A stretch of DNA of 58,846 nucleotides from Parcubacteria group bacterium (GTDB taxonomy: Bacteria > Patescibacteriota > Minisyncoccia > Moranbacterales > UBA11712): positions 1 to 58,846 of the forward strand of contig JBAZYY010000001.1 of assembly GCA_041659065.1 (NCBI GenBank). Direction: 5' to 3'. A program made the translations under genes and the position numbers. Below, piece after piece: positions 1 to 9,074 of this stretch. The notes beneath the pieces were generated by a model, which was given only the letters and a program-made list of their open reading frames with translations, was not told the DNA's origin and did not search any database. The first letter of the stretch is position 1, and each line of letters starts with the position of its first letter.

Positions 1-632
<632 letters not shown>

Positions 633-728
633 TCGTTCTTCTTCATCGGCAATACTTCAGTATTTCGGTGAAGAAAAAAGGCCAGCAATTAACAATTACT
701 AATGAAATATGATCGCGAGTTGCAAATC

Positions 729-757
729 TTGACATATTACGCAATGAGCAGGATAAT
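729..757 (+). promoter_or_regulatory. Candidate sigma70-type promoter in the 23S-5S spacer
   Basis: TTGACA (729-734), a 17-nt spacer, then GATAAT (752-757). Confidence 0.3.
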
Positions 758-765
758 AATAACCG

Positions 766-885
766 ATGACAGAGAAGATTAAAAAATATAAGAGCAGTTT
801 CGCGTTAGCGTCTGTGGTTTTGCTCGCGGCAATCATTGCAGTAGTATTTTTTATGTTTACTGCCCCGGTAATTAACGCGTTTTAA
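766..885 (+). CDS. Possible 39-aa single-TM peptide (MTEKIKKYKSSFALASVVLLAAIIAVVFFMFTAPVINAF)
   Basis: The ATG lies 9 nt after the candidate -10 box, so the transcript would be leaderless. The core is hydrophobic. It is too short for the ORF track and has no SD. Confidence 0.2.
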   Translation: MTEKIKKYKSSFALASVVLLAAIIAVVFFMFTAPVINAF

Positions 886-906
886 AAAAAGTATTTTCAG
901 TTTATA

Positions 907-1018
907 GTTCTCGGTGTCTCTAGCGACAGGGGTACACCTGTTCCCATCCCGAACACAGCAGTTAAGCCTGTCAGCGCCGATGGTAGCCTCCGGGCAAGAG
1001 TAGGTCGGTGCCGAGAAC
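907..1018 (+). rRNA. rrf: 5S rRNA
   Basis: Conserved CCCATCCCGAACACAG...GCGCCGATGGTAGC...AGAGTAGGTC strings are present. The helix I ends pair, and an extended 14-bp precursor stem joins 901-914 with 1011-1024. Confidence 0.9.
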
Positions 1019-1078
1019 TATAAACTTAAATACATAGAGTGCGCCGACTTGTCCGTCCGAAGCTTTAGCGTAGGAGGG

Positions 1079-1112
1079 TGGTAGCCTCCGGGCAAGAGTA
1101 GGTCGGTGCCGA
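1079..1112 (+). repeat. Exact 34-nt duplicate of the 5S 3' segment (5S fragment)
   Basis: TGGTAGCCTCCGGGCAAGAGTAGGTCGGTGCCGA at 981-1014 recurs identically at 1079-1112. Confidence 0.9.
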
Positions 1113-1141
1113 CAATATTGTATTTAAATGTGTTGCAAGAT

Positions 1142-1175
1142 AAAAAATCCCTTCGACGGGATTTTTATTTTTTAT
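1142..1175. terminator. Bidirectional rho-independent terminator between the rRNA operon and the cupin gene
   Basis: AAAAAATCCC-TTCGAC-GGGATTTTT hairpin with an A-run upstream and a T-run downstream. Confidence 0.7.
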
Positions 1176-1208
1176 AAGATGATTGAGGGATATTACCCTC
1201 AGGCGATA

Positions 1209-1568
1209 TCAAGAGATTTCCTTATCTTCAAGCTTCCAGGCTGGATCGACAATACATAAAAATTTCAATTCGGATGAGCCTGTGTTTTCAATCCATTGTT
1301 CTGAATTTGGGGGAATATAAATTGCTTGTTTTTTTTGAACGCTGGCATATTCACCATTGATAAATACCATACCCTCGCCTTCAATAATGTAGTAAATTTC
1401 GCTGGACTTGAGTTTATGCGGAAGTGATTTTTCACCTGGTTTCACTATGGCATGAGCGATACTATATCTGATCTTATTTCCTGTCTCTCTGGCGTGAATA
1501 ATTTCTCGAAGAAGTGTTCCGTCTCCAGCGATTATTTCTTTGCAATTTTTGAAATCTTTTATTAACAC
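1209..1568 (-). CDS. Cupin domain protein
   Basis: 119-aa ORF with a cupin-like beta-barrel pattern (VKPGEKSLPHKLKSSEIYYIIEGEG ... IYIPPNSEQWIENTG). Confidence 0.8.
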   Translation of the reverse strand: MLIKDFKNCKEIIAGDGTLLREIIHARETGNKIRYSIAHAIVKPGEKSLPHKLKSSEIYYIIEGEGMVFINGEYASVQKKQAIYIPPNSEQWIENTGSSELKFLCIVDPAWKLEDKEIS

Positions 1569-1604
1569 TGGTTCGTAAACTTTACAAATGTTTATCCTTA
1601 AAAA

Positions 1605-2774
1605 TCAATTCGTCCTAATCTCAAATCCCACCTGACTTTCAAAACTCGGAACGGATTTGATCCAAAACGGAAAGAATTTTACATCAATTGAATCGATTTC
1701 CGGAAATTTAGCGTAGCGCTCCAAGAGGGCATTTTGGTTGTACCCCATAATTGATTTTTTATCGAGAGTCTTGCTGGGCAGTTTGGACATCAGGACTGCC
1801 GGGACAGATACTTTCACTTCGACTTTGCCATCATTATTGCTGATATCCGATAACTCATAGGTGATGTTATCTTCATTGATGCTTTCAATTTCCTGGTTAT
1901 CGCCGGTTTTTTCCTTGAATTTATCGACAGCTGCGTCTTTCAAATCATTTTCATTAAACACGATTGCAGAAACTTTCCCGCGGACGGTTACTCGAAAATT
2001 ATCAGCCTGCGTTTCGGACGCGACATTCGCATGGCTCTCGATAATTTCAACTCGAGTCAAGGCGGGAGAAACCTTGTCATCAGCCGGGATTGTAGATTTT
2101 ATTTTTTCCATCTCTGACTTTCCCAAATTTTCAGCCGTCTTCTGGATGGCTTTATTGACATCATCCTCAGTCACGAATTTTTTTTCAGTTTCTCCTCCCG
2201 TAAATTCATCAGAATTTTCCGCCCAAATTCTTTCGCGGTTCCATTTGCTCATGCGCAGAAAATAAAATTTTCCGGGAGGAACATTGCCGGACAAACCCTT
2301 GTTTTTTGCGGTCACGGTTGTGTCAACTTCGCCGCCTGCTGGCACGTTAACTTCCTGATCAAGTAAAAAGATATTTTTTGGAGCGTCACCGATTGCTTCG
2401 GGTGATTCTCCCTGAACGAGTTGCGCTCCAGCTTGCAAGAAGAAATCCTTTTTCCAGATATTCTTGATTTTGACCGATCCCTTTGCGAAATCTTCTATCT
2501 TTCGTGTAGTGACCTCTGTGATATTTTCCGTGCGTTCATTTTGCGTCTTGGCTATTTTTCCTGGCAGAATTCCACTCACGGGGTCGGGTTTTTCCGCCCT
2601 TGCGTCAATTAGAAGATTTATTTCTCCCGTTCTATGTTCGATTTTGGGATGAATAAAAATTGTAACTCGAGCAAGAGTAAGATTGGCAATAGTCAAAGCG
2701 GCTGCGAATGTCAAGAAGATAAACAGCCAAAAGAATTTCCGATGCGGAGAGTTGTCGTAGCGACCTAGATGCAT
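1605..2774 (-). CDS. Membrane-anchored hypothetical protein
   Basis: 389-aa ORF with an N-terminal TM helix (FFWLFIFLTFAAALTIANLTL) followed by a soluble domain. No family recognised. Confidence 0.7.
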   Translation of the reverse strand: MHLGRYDNSPHRKFFWLFIFLTFAAALTIANLTLARVTIFIHPKIEHRTGEINLLIDARAEKPDPVSGILPGKIAKTQNERTENITEVTTRKIEDFAKGSVKIKNIWKKDFFLQAGAQLVQGESPEAIGDAPKNIFLLDQEVNVPAGGEVDTTVTAKNKGLSGNVPPGKFYFLRMSKWNRERIWAENSDEFTGGETEKKFVTEDDVNKAIQKTAENLGKSEMEKIKSTIPADDKVSPALTRVEIIESHANVASETQADNFRVTVRGKVSAIVFNENDLKDAAVDKFKEKTGDNQEIESINEDNITYELSDISNNDGKVEVKVSVPAVLMSKLPSKTLDKKSIMGYNQNALLERYAKFPEIDSIDVKFFPFWIKSVPSFESQVGFEIRTN

Positions 2775-2819
2775 AATATTTTACGCTTACCTGCTATGGA
2801 AAAAATTTCAGATATGAGT

Positions 2820-5800
2820 TTAAGCAAACTTAACATCTACTTCTTTGAGCACGCCCTGGAGCTCACGAGCGACATTCTTGTCATAATCGATGCAAAAGGG
2901 CGTTTCCAACCTACTTGCGGAGCCTGATAAATTTCTTTTAATCTCAAGGAAGACCTTGTAATTTCCTTTCTGGGCCTTATTCAGCACGGCCGAAATTTTT
3001 CTCAATAATCCGGAATCCGTGTGGTTCGGCAGGCTGATAAAAACTTTGCGGATATTTTTTTCTCTTTCCTCTTCAATCTGTCTTTGTTTTTCCAAGTTTT
3101 GATATCTTTCGATTTCGTCTTGGTTTACGATCCGAACTTCGTCGCAAATCAACTTAAGCTCGCCGTCTTTGTTTGAAACTTTTCCCGTTGCCAGGATAAT
3201 ATTGCCTTCCTCCCAAAGCGCCGCGTATTTTTCGAGTGTTTTGGGAAAAACTATCACCTCGATTCTTTTTCCACTTGCGTCTTCAACTCCCACAAAGCAC
3301 ATCGTTTTCTGGCTTTTCAGAAATATTTTTTTGATAGTTTCGATTATCCCGCCAATAGTAATTGATTGGTTGATATGGCTTTCGTCAATTTGCGCCACTG
3401 TTATCGAAAATCGCTTGAAAAAATCGAGATATTCCGCCAAAGGATGGTCGGTAATGTAGAGACCTAGGAGTTCCTTTTCCCAATTCAAGCGCTGGCGTTT
3501 GGCGGCCGACTCGGCTGGCGCCAGCGTTATTTCCGGAAGATGCAGCGTGTCTCCCGAGGATCCGAAAAGGCTGATTTGATTGGAGCACTGTATTTTTTGG
3601 AAATCTTTGGAATAATTCAAAATATTCTCGACATTTTCGAGCAGTTGGTTTCGTTCTCCCAGATCATCCATAGCTCCGCATTTAATCAGGCTTTCCAATG
3701 ATTTTTTATTGAAATCCTTGGTCTGGATTCTTTCTATGAAGTCGGTTAAGTTTTTATATTTGCCGTTCTTTTTTCTTTCTTCGACAATTATATTAGCGAC
3801 GTTCTTGCCGACGTTTTTGATGGCTCCCAGTCCGAAACGAATTTTCTCGGGTTCTCCCAGCCGGCAAATAGCGGCAAAAGTTACAAAACTTTCGTTGATG
3901 TTTGGGGGCATGACTTCGATATTCATGGCCCGGCTCTCTTCAACTTCAATAGCAATGCGGTCAATATTCTGCTGATCGGAAGTCAAAAGAGCAGCCATGA
4001 ACTCAGTGGGAAAATGAGCCTTGAGATAAGCGGTTTGGTAGCCGATCATTGCGTAGCAAGCCGCATGCGACCGGTTGAATCCGTATCCCGCGAAAGGCTC
4101 GATAAATGCGAAAACTTTTTCGGCTATTTTCCGATCAATTCCGTTTTTAACGCATCCGTCAATAAACTTAATTTTTTCCTCACGAATAAGTTCCGGGATT
4201 TTTTTCCCCATGGCTTTACGCAAGATATCCGCTTCGGAAAGGGAAAAGCCGGCGAGTGCTTGGGATATCTGCATGACTTGCTCCTGATAAACTGCGACGC
4301 CATAAGTGTTTTTCAAAATTAACTCAAGCTTTGGATGGATGTAAACTATTTTTTTTCGGCCATGTTTTCGGGAGATGAAGTCCGGAATCCAATCCATCGG
4401 ACCCGGGCGATAGAGAGCGACCATAGCGATGATATCTTCGAAGGTTGTCGGCTTGAGTTGTTTCAGGTATCTTTTCATGCCGCCGGATTCCAGCTGGAAC
4501 ACTCCAGTCGTATCCGCCCGCTGCAAAAGCTCGAAAGTTTTTGCTTCGTCGAGCGGGATATCATCAATATTGATTTCAACTTTCTTGGTCTTTCGGATGA
4601 TGTTTAACGTGTCCTGAATGATGGTCAAGTTTTTCAGGCCCAGGAAATCCATCTTAAGGAGACCTATTTTTTCGACATAACTTGATTTAGTCGAAGATGA
4701 GTATTGCGTCACTACGTTTTCCGTGTCACCGGACACATATTGGAGCGGGGAATAATTAACTACCGGCTCCGGGGTGATCACGACTCCGCAAGCGTGCATG
4801 GAAGCGTGACGGGCTACTCCTTCCAAGCGCGCGGCGCTGTCAAGCAGCTTTTTAGCGGCCGGATCGGTACCATAAAGGCTTCGCAGCTCGGACACGCCGT
4901 CAAGTGCGTCGCGGATGGGTATTTGCATAGGAATCATCTTCGCCACCTGGTCACAAAAGCTGTAGGGATATCCTAGCGCGCGGCCGGCGTCTCGAACGGC
5001 GGCTCTGGCCGCCATTGTTCCAAAGGTGATGATTTGAGCAACATGATCTGACCCATATTTTTGTCTTACATAAGCTAAAACTTCATCCCGACGGGTATCG
5101 GCAAAATCAAGATCAATATCCGGCATTGATATGCGATCCGGATTGAGAAAACGTTCAAAAAGGAGATTGTATTTAATCGGATCTATATTCGTTATGTTGG
5201 TTAGGTAGGCAATGATACTACCGGCTGCGCTTCCGCGGCCAGGACCGACAACGATACCTTGTTCTTTCGCCCAATTGACAAAATCCGACACGATTAAAAA
5301 ATACGACGCAAAGCCGGTTTTTTTAATGACCGCGAGCTCAAATTCCATCCGATCGCGGTGTTCTTGGCTCAGGGATTCGCCATAGCGGTTCACAAGCCCT
5401 TTCTCACAAAGTTCGTGCAGAAACGTATCAGGCGTGTAGGTATCCGGAACATTGAAGTAGGGGAGTTTGGTTTTTCCAAGTTCTATTTCCAGATTACACA
5501 TTTCGGCGATACGAGCGGTATTTTCTATCGCTTCAGGGATGTGCCCGAAAGATTCGAAAATTTCGGCGTGATCCCGCATATGCAAGTTGAAATCGAGAAG
5601 ATTGAGACGGTTGGACTCGGTCACCTTCCGGTTTGTTTGGACGCAAAGCAAGATATCCTGTATCGGTGCGTCATCAAGATTGACGTAATGCAGATCGGTA
5701 GTTGCGACCAGCGGCAGACCGGTTTTTTTGGAAAGCGCTATCAGTCCGTCGGTCGCGATTTTTTGCTGGTTGTATTTGGGATGGTCTTGGATCTCGAGGA

Positions 5801-6335
5801 AAAAATTTCCTTTGCCAAAGATGCTTTCGTACTCGCGGGCCATTTTTTCGGCTTCATCAACTTTACCACTGATGATTAGGGAGGGGATTTCGCCCTCGAC
5901 GCACGCAGAGAGGCCGATAAGTCCGTCCGCGTATTCGCGCAGGACCTCTTTATCGATACGAGGCTTATAATAAAACCCTTCGAGATGGGCGATAGTCACC
6001 AATTTCATCAGGTTTTTATAGCCAATCTCATTTTTTGCCAAGAGGATCAGGTGATATCTTTGATCGTCGATCCTTGGCCGCTTATTCTCCCGTCCGTTTG
6101 GTGCCAGATACATCTCGCAGCCGATGATGGGCTTAATTCCCCTGGCTTTGGCCTTTTGGTAGAACTCTATGGCGCCGTAGAGGACTCCATGGTCGGTCAG
6201 TGCCAGCGCTTTCATGCCCAATGCTTGGGCGCGGTCGAGCAGTTCGTCGATTTTTGCCAAGCCGTCCAAAAGAGAATAGTGGGAATGCACGTGCAAGTGG
6301 ACAAAAGGCGATTTTTCCTGATTATTTTTGGGCAT
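2820..6335 (-). CDS. dnaE: DNA polymerase III alpha subunit
   Basis: 1171 aa. N-terminal PHP motif HLHVHSHYSLLDG, polymerase core strings (GPGRGSAAGS, MPDIDLDF, YRPGPM) and a C-terminal OB-like region. Confidence 0.97.
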   Translation of the reverse strand: MPKNNQEKSPFVHLHVHSHYSLLDGLAKIDELLDRAQALGMKALALTDHGVLYGAIEFYQKAKARGIKPIIGCEMYLAPNGRENKRPRIDDQRYHLILLAKNEIGYKNLMKLVTIAHLEGFYYKPRIDKEVLREYADGLIGLSACVEGEIPSLIISGKVDEAEKMAREYESIFGKGNFFLEIQDHPKYNQQKIATDGLIALSKKTGLPLVATTDLHYVNLDDAPIQDILLCVQTNRKVTESNRLNLLDFNLHMRDHAEIFESFGHIPEAIENTARIAEMCNLEIELGKTKLPYFNVPDTYTPDTFLHELCEKGLVNRYGESLSQEHRDRMEFELAVIKKTGFASYFLIVSDFVNWAKEQGIVVGPGRGSAAGSIIAYLTNITNIDPIKYNLLFERFLNPDRISMPDIDLDFADTRRDEVLAYVRQKYGSDHVAQIITFGTMAARAAVRDAGRALGYPYSFCDQVAKMIPMQIPIRDALDGVSELRSLYGTDPAAKKLLDSAARLEGVARHASMHACGVVITPEPVVNYSPLQYVSGDTENVVTQYSSSTKSSYVEKIGLLKMDFLGLKNLTIIQDTLNIIRKTKKVEINIDDIPLDEAKTFELLQRADTTGVFQLESGGMKRYLKQLKPTTFEDIIAMVALYRPGPMDWIPDFISRKHGRKKIVYIHPKLELILKNTYGVAVYQEQVMQISQALAGFSLSEADILRKAMGKKIPELIREEKIKFIDGCVKNGIDRKIAEKVFAFIEPFAGYGFNRSHAACYAMIGYQTAYLKAHFPTEFMAALLTSDQQNIDRIAIEVEESRAMNIEVMPPNINESFVTFAAICRLGEPEKIRFGLGAIKNVGKNVANIIVEERKKNGKYKNLTDFIERIQTKDFNKKSLESLIKCGAMDDLGERNQLLENVENILNYSKDFQKIQCSNQISLFGSSGDTLHLPEITLAPAESAAKRQRLNWEKELLGLYITDHPLAEYLDFFKRFSITVAQIDESHINQSITIGGIIETIKKIFLKSQKTMCFVGVEDASGKRIEVIVFPKTLEKYAALWEEGNIILATGKVSNKDGELKLICDEVRIVNQDEIERYQNLEKQRQIEEEREKNIRKVFISLPNHTDSGLLRKISAVLNKAQKGNYKVFLEIKRNLSGSASRLETPFCIDYDKNVARELQGVLKEVDVKFA

Positions 6336-6406
6336 ATCTAAACCGCTTCCCCTTGAAGGATTTAATTGGTTTCTATCTCAATATTATAGCAGATCTTAGC
6401 GATTTG

Positions 6407-6437
6407 ATAAAAGCCCGAAATTTAGCATCTCGGGCTT
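6407..6437 (-). terminator. Candidate terminator of the 6470-7090 gene
   Basis: On the minus strand, an AGCCCGA/TCGGGCT 7-bp stem is followed by TTTTAT. Confidence 0.5.
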
Positions 6438-6469
6438 TGGACTTTTATGTGAATCAATGCAGGCACGCG

Positions 6470-7090
6470 CTAGTCATCCAAGTCTGAATAGTCATCATCA
6501 TTCAGGATATCTATAGTTTGAGTTTTTGTGATAGTGTTTTTCTTGCGGCTCCATTTGCCTTTAACTAAGACACGGTCGTCCTCTTTGAGGTCGGCTAGTT
6601 TTATTTTTTTTCCATTCTCATTTTTTATTTTAGTCGAGCTGAGGATTGAAACCGCTTGGTCATCCCGGTCTATGGTGTTAATTTTGAGAGTGCTGGTTGT
6701 TGCGTTGGTCGAGTCTATTGTTCCGTAGAAAGTTACGGTTTTTTTGTCATAATAGCTCAAATCTCTGATTTTAGTGGCGGTCACTTTTTTACCGTCAAAT
6801 GAGCCTTCGACCGTTATTACATCACCCTCTTTTATAGTGGAAAATTTCATACTGTTGCTGCTGGTAGCGCCTTTTCTATATTTTGCGGAAGAGGCATAAA
6901 TCGTGTAAGTATCACCTTCTTTGATAGCCTTAATGACCTTCGTATCCTTATTAATGTCCTTAATGATAGCCTTCTTTAATATTTTAGTCTTGGCTTCCAC
7001 TGCTTTTATCCCTGCACTAAAGGCGCAGAAGCTGATTGTGAGAAAGAGAATCCCGAGGAGAATATTTCTTTTTGTATTCATTTTTTCCAA
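6470..7090 (-). CDS. Secreted or anchored hypothetical protein with repeated beta-rich modules (DUF5666-like, tentative)
   Basis: 206 aa with an N-terminal hydrophobic signal (ILLGILFLTISFCAFSAG), a recurring KEGD-x-(I/V)-x-V-x-G pattern and an acidic C-terminus. Confidence 0.7.
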   Translation of the reverse strand: MEKMNTKRNILLGILFLTISFCAFSAGIKAVEAKTKILKKAIIKDINKDTKVIKAIKEGDTYTIYASSAKYRKGATSSNSMKFSTIKEGDVITVEGSFDGKKVTATKIRDLSYYDKKTVTFYGTIDSTNATTSTLKINTIDRDDQAVSILSSTKIKNENGKKIKLADLKEDDRVLVKGKWSRKKNTITKTQTIDILNDDDYSDLDD

Positions 7091-7142
7091 TTAATTTTTA
7101 GTGGCGCTTTTAATTATAACATCTCGCGCATATAATGAAAGC

Positions 7143-7796
7143 ATGATCTATCCACATTTCGATTTGGAAAATGAGTGTTGGCAAAAAGGTTATAAGCGCG
7201 TAGCGGGAATCGATGAGGCCGGAAGAGGCCCTTTGGCCGGGCCGGTGGTCGCCGCGGCTGTTTTGGTTGAGCCAAGCCAGATGGAGTCCATCAAAGGGCA
7301 AAAAGAGCACAAGCTTGTTCGCGACTCTAAAACTTTGTCGGCGAAGCAACGGGAACGCGCGTTTGATTTTATCACGAGCAATTTTTCTTTTGGTATCGGA
7401 TGGTCAAGCGAAATCACGATTGATAGGATTAATATCCTGCAGGCAACCTATCTGGCTATGAAAAAAGCACTTTCGGACGCCAGAAGCAAGCTTAAGGAGG
7501 AGCCGGACTTCATCTTGATTGATGGCCGAGCTCCATTGCCGAATATCTCCATAAAGCAGAAATATGTAGTGAGAGGGGATAGTATCGTATTCTCGATTGC
7601 GGCTGCATCCGTTTTGGCAAAAGTTTCGCGGGACCGGCAAATGCTTCGCTATCATGCAGAATTTCCGGATTACGGCTTTGATAGACATAAGGGCTATGGG
7701 ACAAAAGCGCATTTTGAAATGCTGAAGGAATTTGGTCCCTGCAAAATTCATAGGAAATCATTTAACTTGGGATTAAGGACGAATCATTCTCGTTGA
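7143..7796 (+). CDS. rnhB: Ribonuclease HII
   Basis: AGIDEAGRGPLAGPVVAAAV catalytic motif and DSK. The ATG at 7143 is preferred over the upstream GTG at 7101 given by the ORF track. Confidence 0.92.
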   Translation: MIYPHFDLENECWQKGYKRVAGIDEAGRGPLAGPVVAAAVLVEPSQMESIKGQKEHKLVRDSKTLSAKQRERAFDFITSNFSFGIGWSSEITIDRINILQATYLAMKKALSDARSKLKEEPDFILIDGRAPLPNISIKQKYVVRGDSIVFSIAAASVLAKVSRDRQMLRYHAEFPDYGFDRHKGYGTKAHFEMLKEFGPCKIHRKSFNLGLRTNHSR

Positions 7797-7848
7797 AATT
7801 ATCAAAACTTTTTTGCAATCAAGCGAAAAGTGCAATTTTCGGAAAGTC

Positions 7849-7877
7849 TTGTCAAACGTCACATTTTAAGCTATTAT
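7849..7877 (+). promoter_or_regulatory. Candidate promoter of rpmF
   Basis: TTGTCA (7849-7854), a 17-nt spacer, then TATTAT (7872-7877), 35 nt before the ATG. Confidence 0.4.
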
Positions 7878-7911
7878 CAGCCTTAGTGATTAATTATATT
7901 AAATAACTGCT

Positions 7912-8142
7912 ATGTCAGTACCAAAACAGCGTCATACAAAGGGGAGGCGGGATAGAAAACGAGCCAGGTTCAAGATTGTCACCAAAGAACTTGTGGCATG
8001 TTCGCATTGCAAAAAAATGATCAAGCAGCATGAGGCTTGTCCAAATTGCGGATATTACAAAGGCAAGGCAGCCATTAAATTGGCTGACAAAAAGGTGAAA
8101 GGAAAAGCCAAGAAAAAAGAACAGGAAAAGCCGAAGAAGTAA
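7912..8142 (+). CDS. rpmF: 50S ribosomal protein L32 with a Lys-rich C-terminal tail
   Basis: MSVPKQRHTKGRRDRKRA N-terminus and a CxxC...CxxC zinc ribbon, both typical of bL32. Confidence 0.92.
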   Translation: MSVPKQRHTKGRRDRKRARFKIVTKELVACSHCKKMIKQHEACPNCGYYKGKAAIKLADKKVKGKAKKKEQEKPKK

Positions 8143-8170
8143 TTTTCCATTCTTCGAGAGGCGCATTCTC

Positions 8171-8950
8171 ATGGCAAAAAAACATGAAAATTATTGGGAG
8201 CTCGTTTGGGCGCTGGCCCGAACTGACTTCAAGTTGAGATACCACGGTTCCGTCCTGGGTTATGTGTGGGCACTGCTTAAACCGCTCCTGACTTTTTTGA
8301 TACTCAATTTTGTTTTTTCCTCCATTTTCAATACCCGAAATTCCGGTATTCAGCATTTTTCTCTTCAGCTCCTGACTTCCATAATGCTCTTCAACTTTTT
8401 TTCCGAGGGTACTATGGCAGGACTGACTTCGCTGCTTAACAAAGCCCAGCTGGTGACTAAAATCTATGTTCCGCGCTGGACAATTGTTTTGGCTTCCACC
8501 CTCAACGCGGCGCTTATTTTCACGATGAACTTGATAATCATCGCCGTCTTTTTCGCCTGGTATGGATTTTGGCCCGGCATCCCATCCATTCTAGCTTTCG
8601 TTTTTTACATCTTTCTCACTGTCTTGCTTATTCTCGCCTTCGCGTTTATTTCCGCTCCGCTTTATGTAAGATTCAGGGACTTGTCTCAGATCTGGGAAGT
8701 TGCCGTGCAAGCTCTTTTTTACGGTTCACCAATCGTTTACCCTTTGTCGATTATTCCTGATAAATATCACTCAATTCTTCTGGCAAATCCGATCGGATTC
8801 ATTATCCACTTTAATAAGACCTCTTTGATTGAGCACCACTTCGCCACCTTTGCCCAAAATGGAGTATTTTTCGTTATCGTGGTTGCGCTTTTCATTGCCA
8901 GCCTTTATATTTTCAAAAAACTCGAACCGAAAGTCGCGGAAAACATCTAG
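8171..8950 (+). CDS. ABC-2 type polysaccharide/teichoic-acid export permease (Wzm/TagG-like)
   Basis: 259 aa with about 6 TM helices. The N-terminal LARTDFKLRYHGSVLGYVWALLKPL string is typical of ABC-2 permeases. Confidence 0.88.
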   Translation: MAKKHENYWELVWALARTDFKLRYHGSVLGYVWALLKPLLTFLILNFVFSSIFNTRNSGIQHFSLQLLTSIMLFNFFSEGTMAGLTSLLNKAQLVTKIYVPRWTIVLASTLNAALIFTMNLIIIAVFFAWYGFWPGIPSILAFVFYIFLTVLLILAFAFISAPLYVRFRDLSQIWEVAVQALFYGSPIVYPLSIIPDKYHSILLANPIGFIIHFNKTSLIEHHFATFAQNGVFFVIVVALFIASLYIFKKLEPKVAENI

Positions 8951-8954
8951 AATA

Positions 8955-9070
8955 AAAATCCAAAAATCAAAGCTCAAATGACAAATAAAATCTAAAATCC
9001 CAATGTCAAAGTTTTGAATTTTGAGCTTTGAGTTTGATTTGATATTTGGATTTTGACATTTGGATTTCGA
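8955..9070. repeat. AT-rich imperfect palindrome of the same word family as the 23S insertion
   Basis: TCAAAGCTCAAA (left arm) pairs with TTTGAGCTTTGA (9020-9031). AAAATCCAAA-type words are mirrored by TTTGGATTTT-type words. Confidence 0.6.
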
Positions 9071-9074
9071 AAAA

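Noticed and set aside
639-675. Long hairpin (TTCTTCATCG...CGGTGAAGAA with an inner AATACT/AGTATT) just after the 23S 3' end as a terminator
   Set aside because: It is followed by an A-run rather than a T-run, and the 5S gene lies downstream in the same orientation. It is more likely a processing stem or spacer structure.
3169-6487. Numerous 60-170-aa plus-strand ORFs opposite dnaE, and similar antisense ORFs opposite most long genes in the track
   Set aside because: These are shadow ORFs antisense to long, well-supported genes. They have no SD or family signal.
7101-7142. N-terminal extensions from upstream GTG/TTG starts given by the ORF track (7101, 9060, 15748, 17678, 35031, 43171, 51365, 52650)
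   Set aside because: Internal ATGs align with the conserved N-termini of the families or avoid repeat or upstream-gene sequence. Starts remain predictions.
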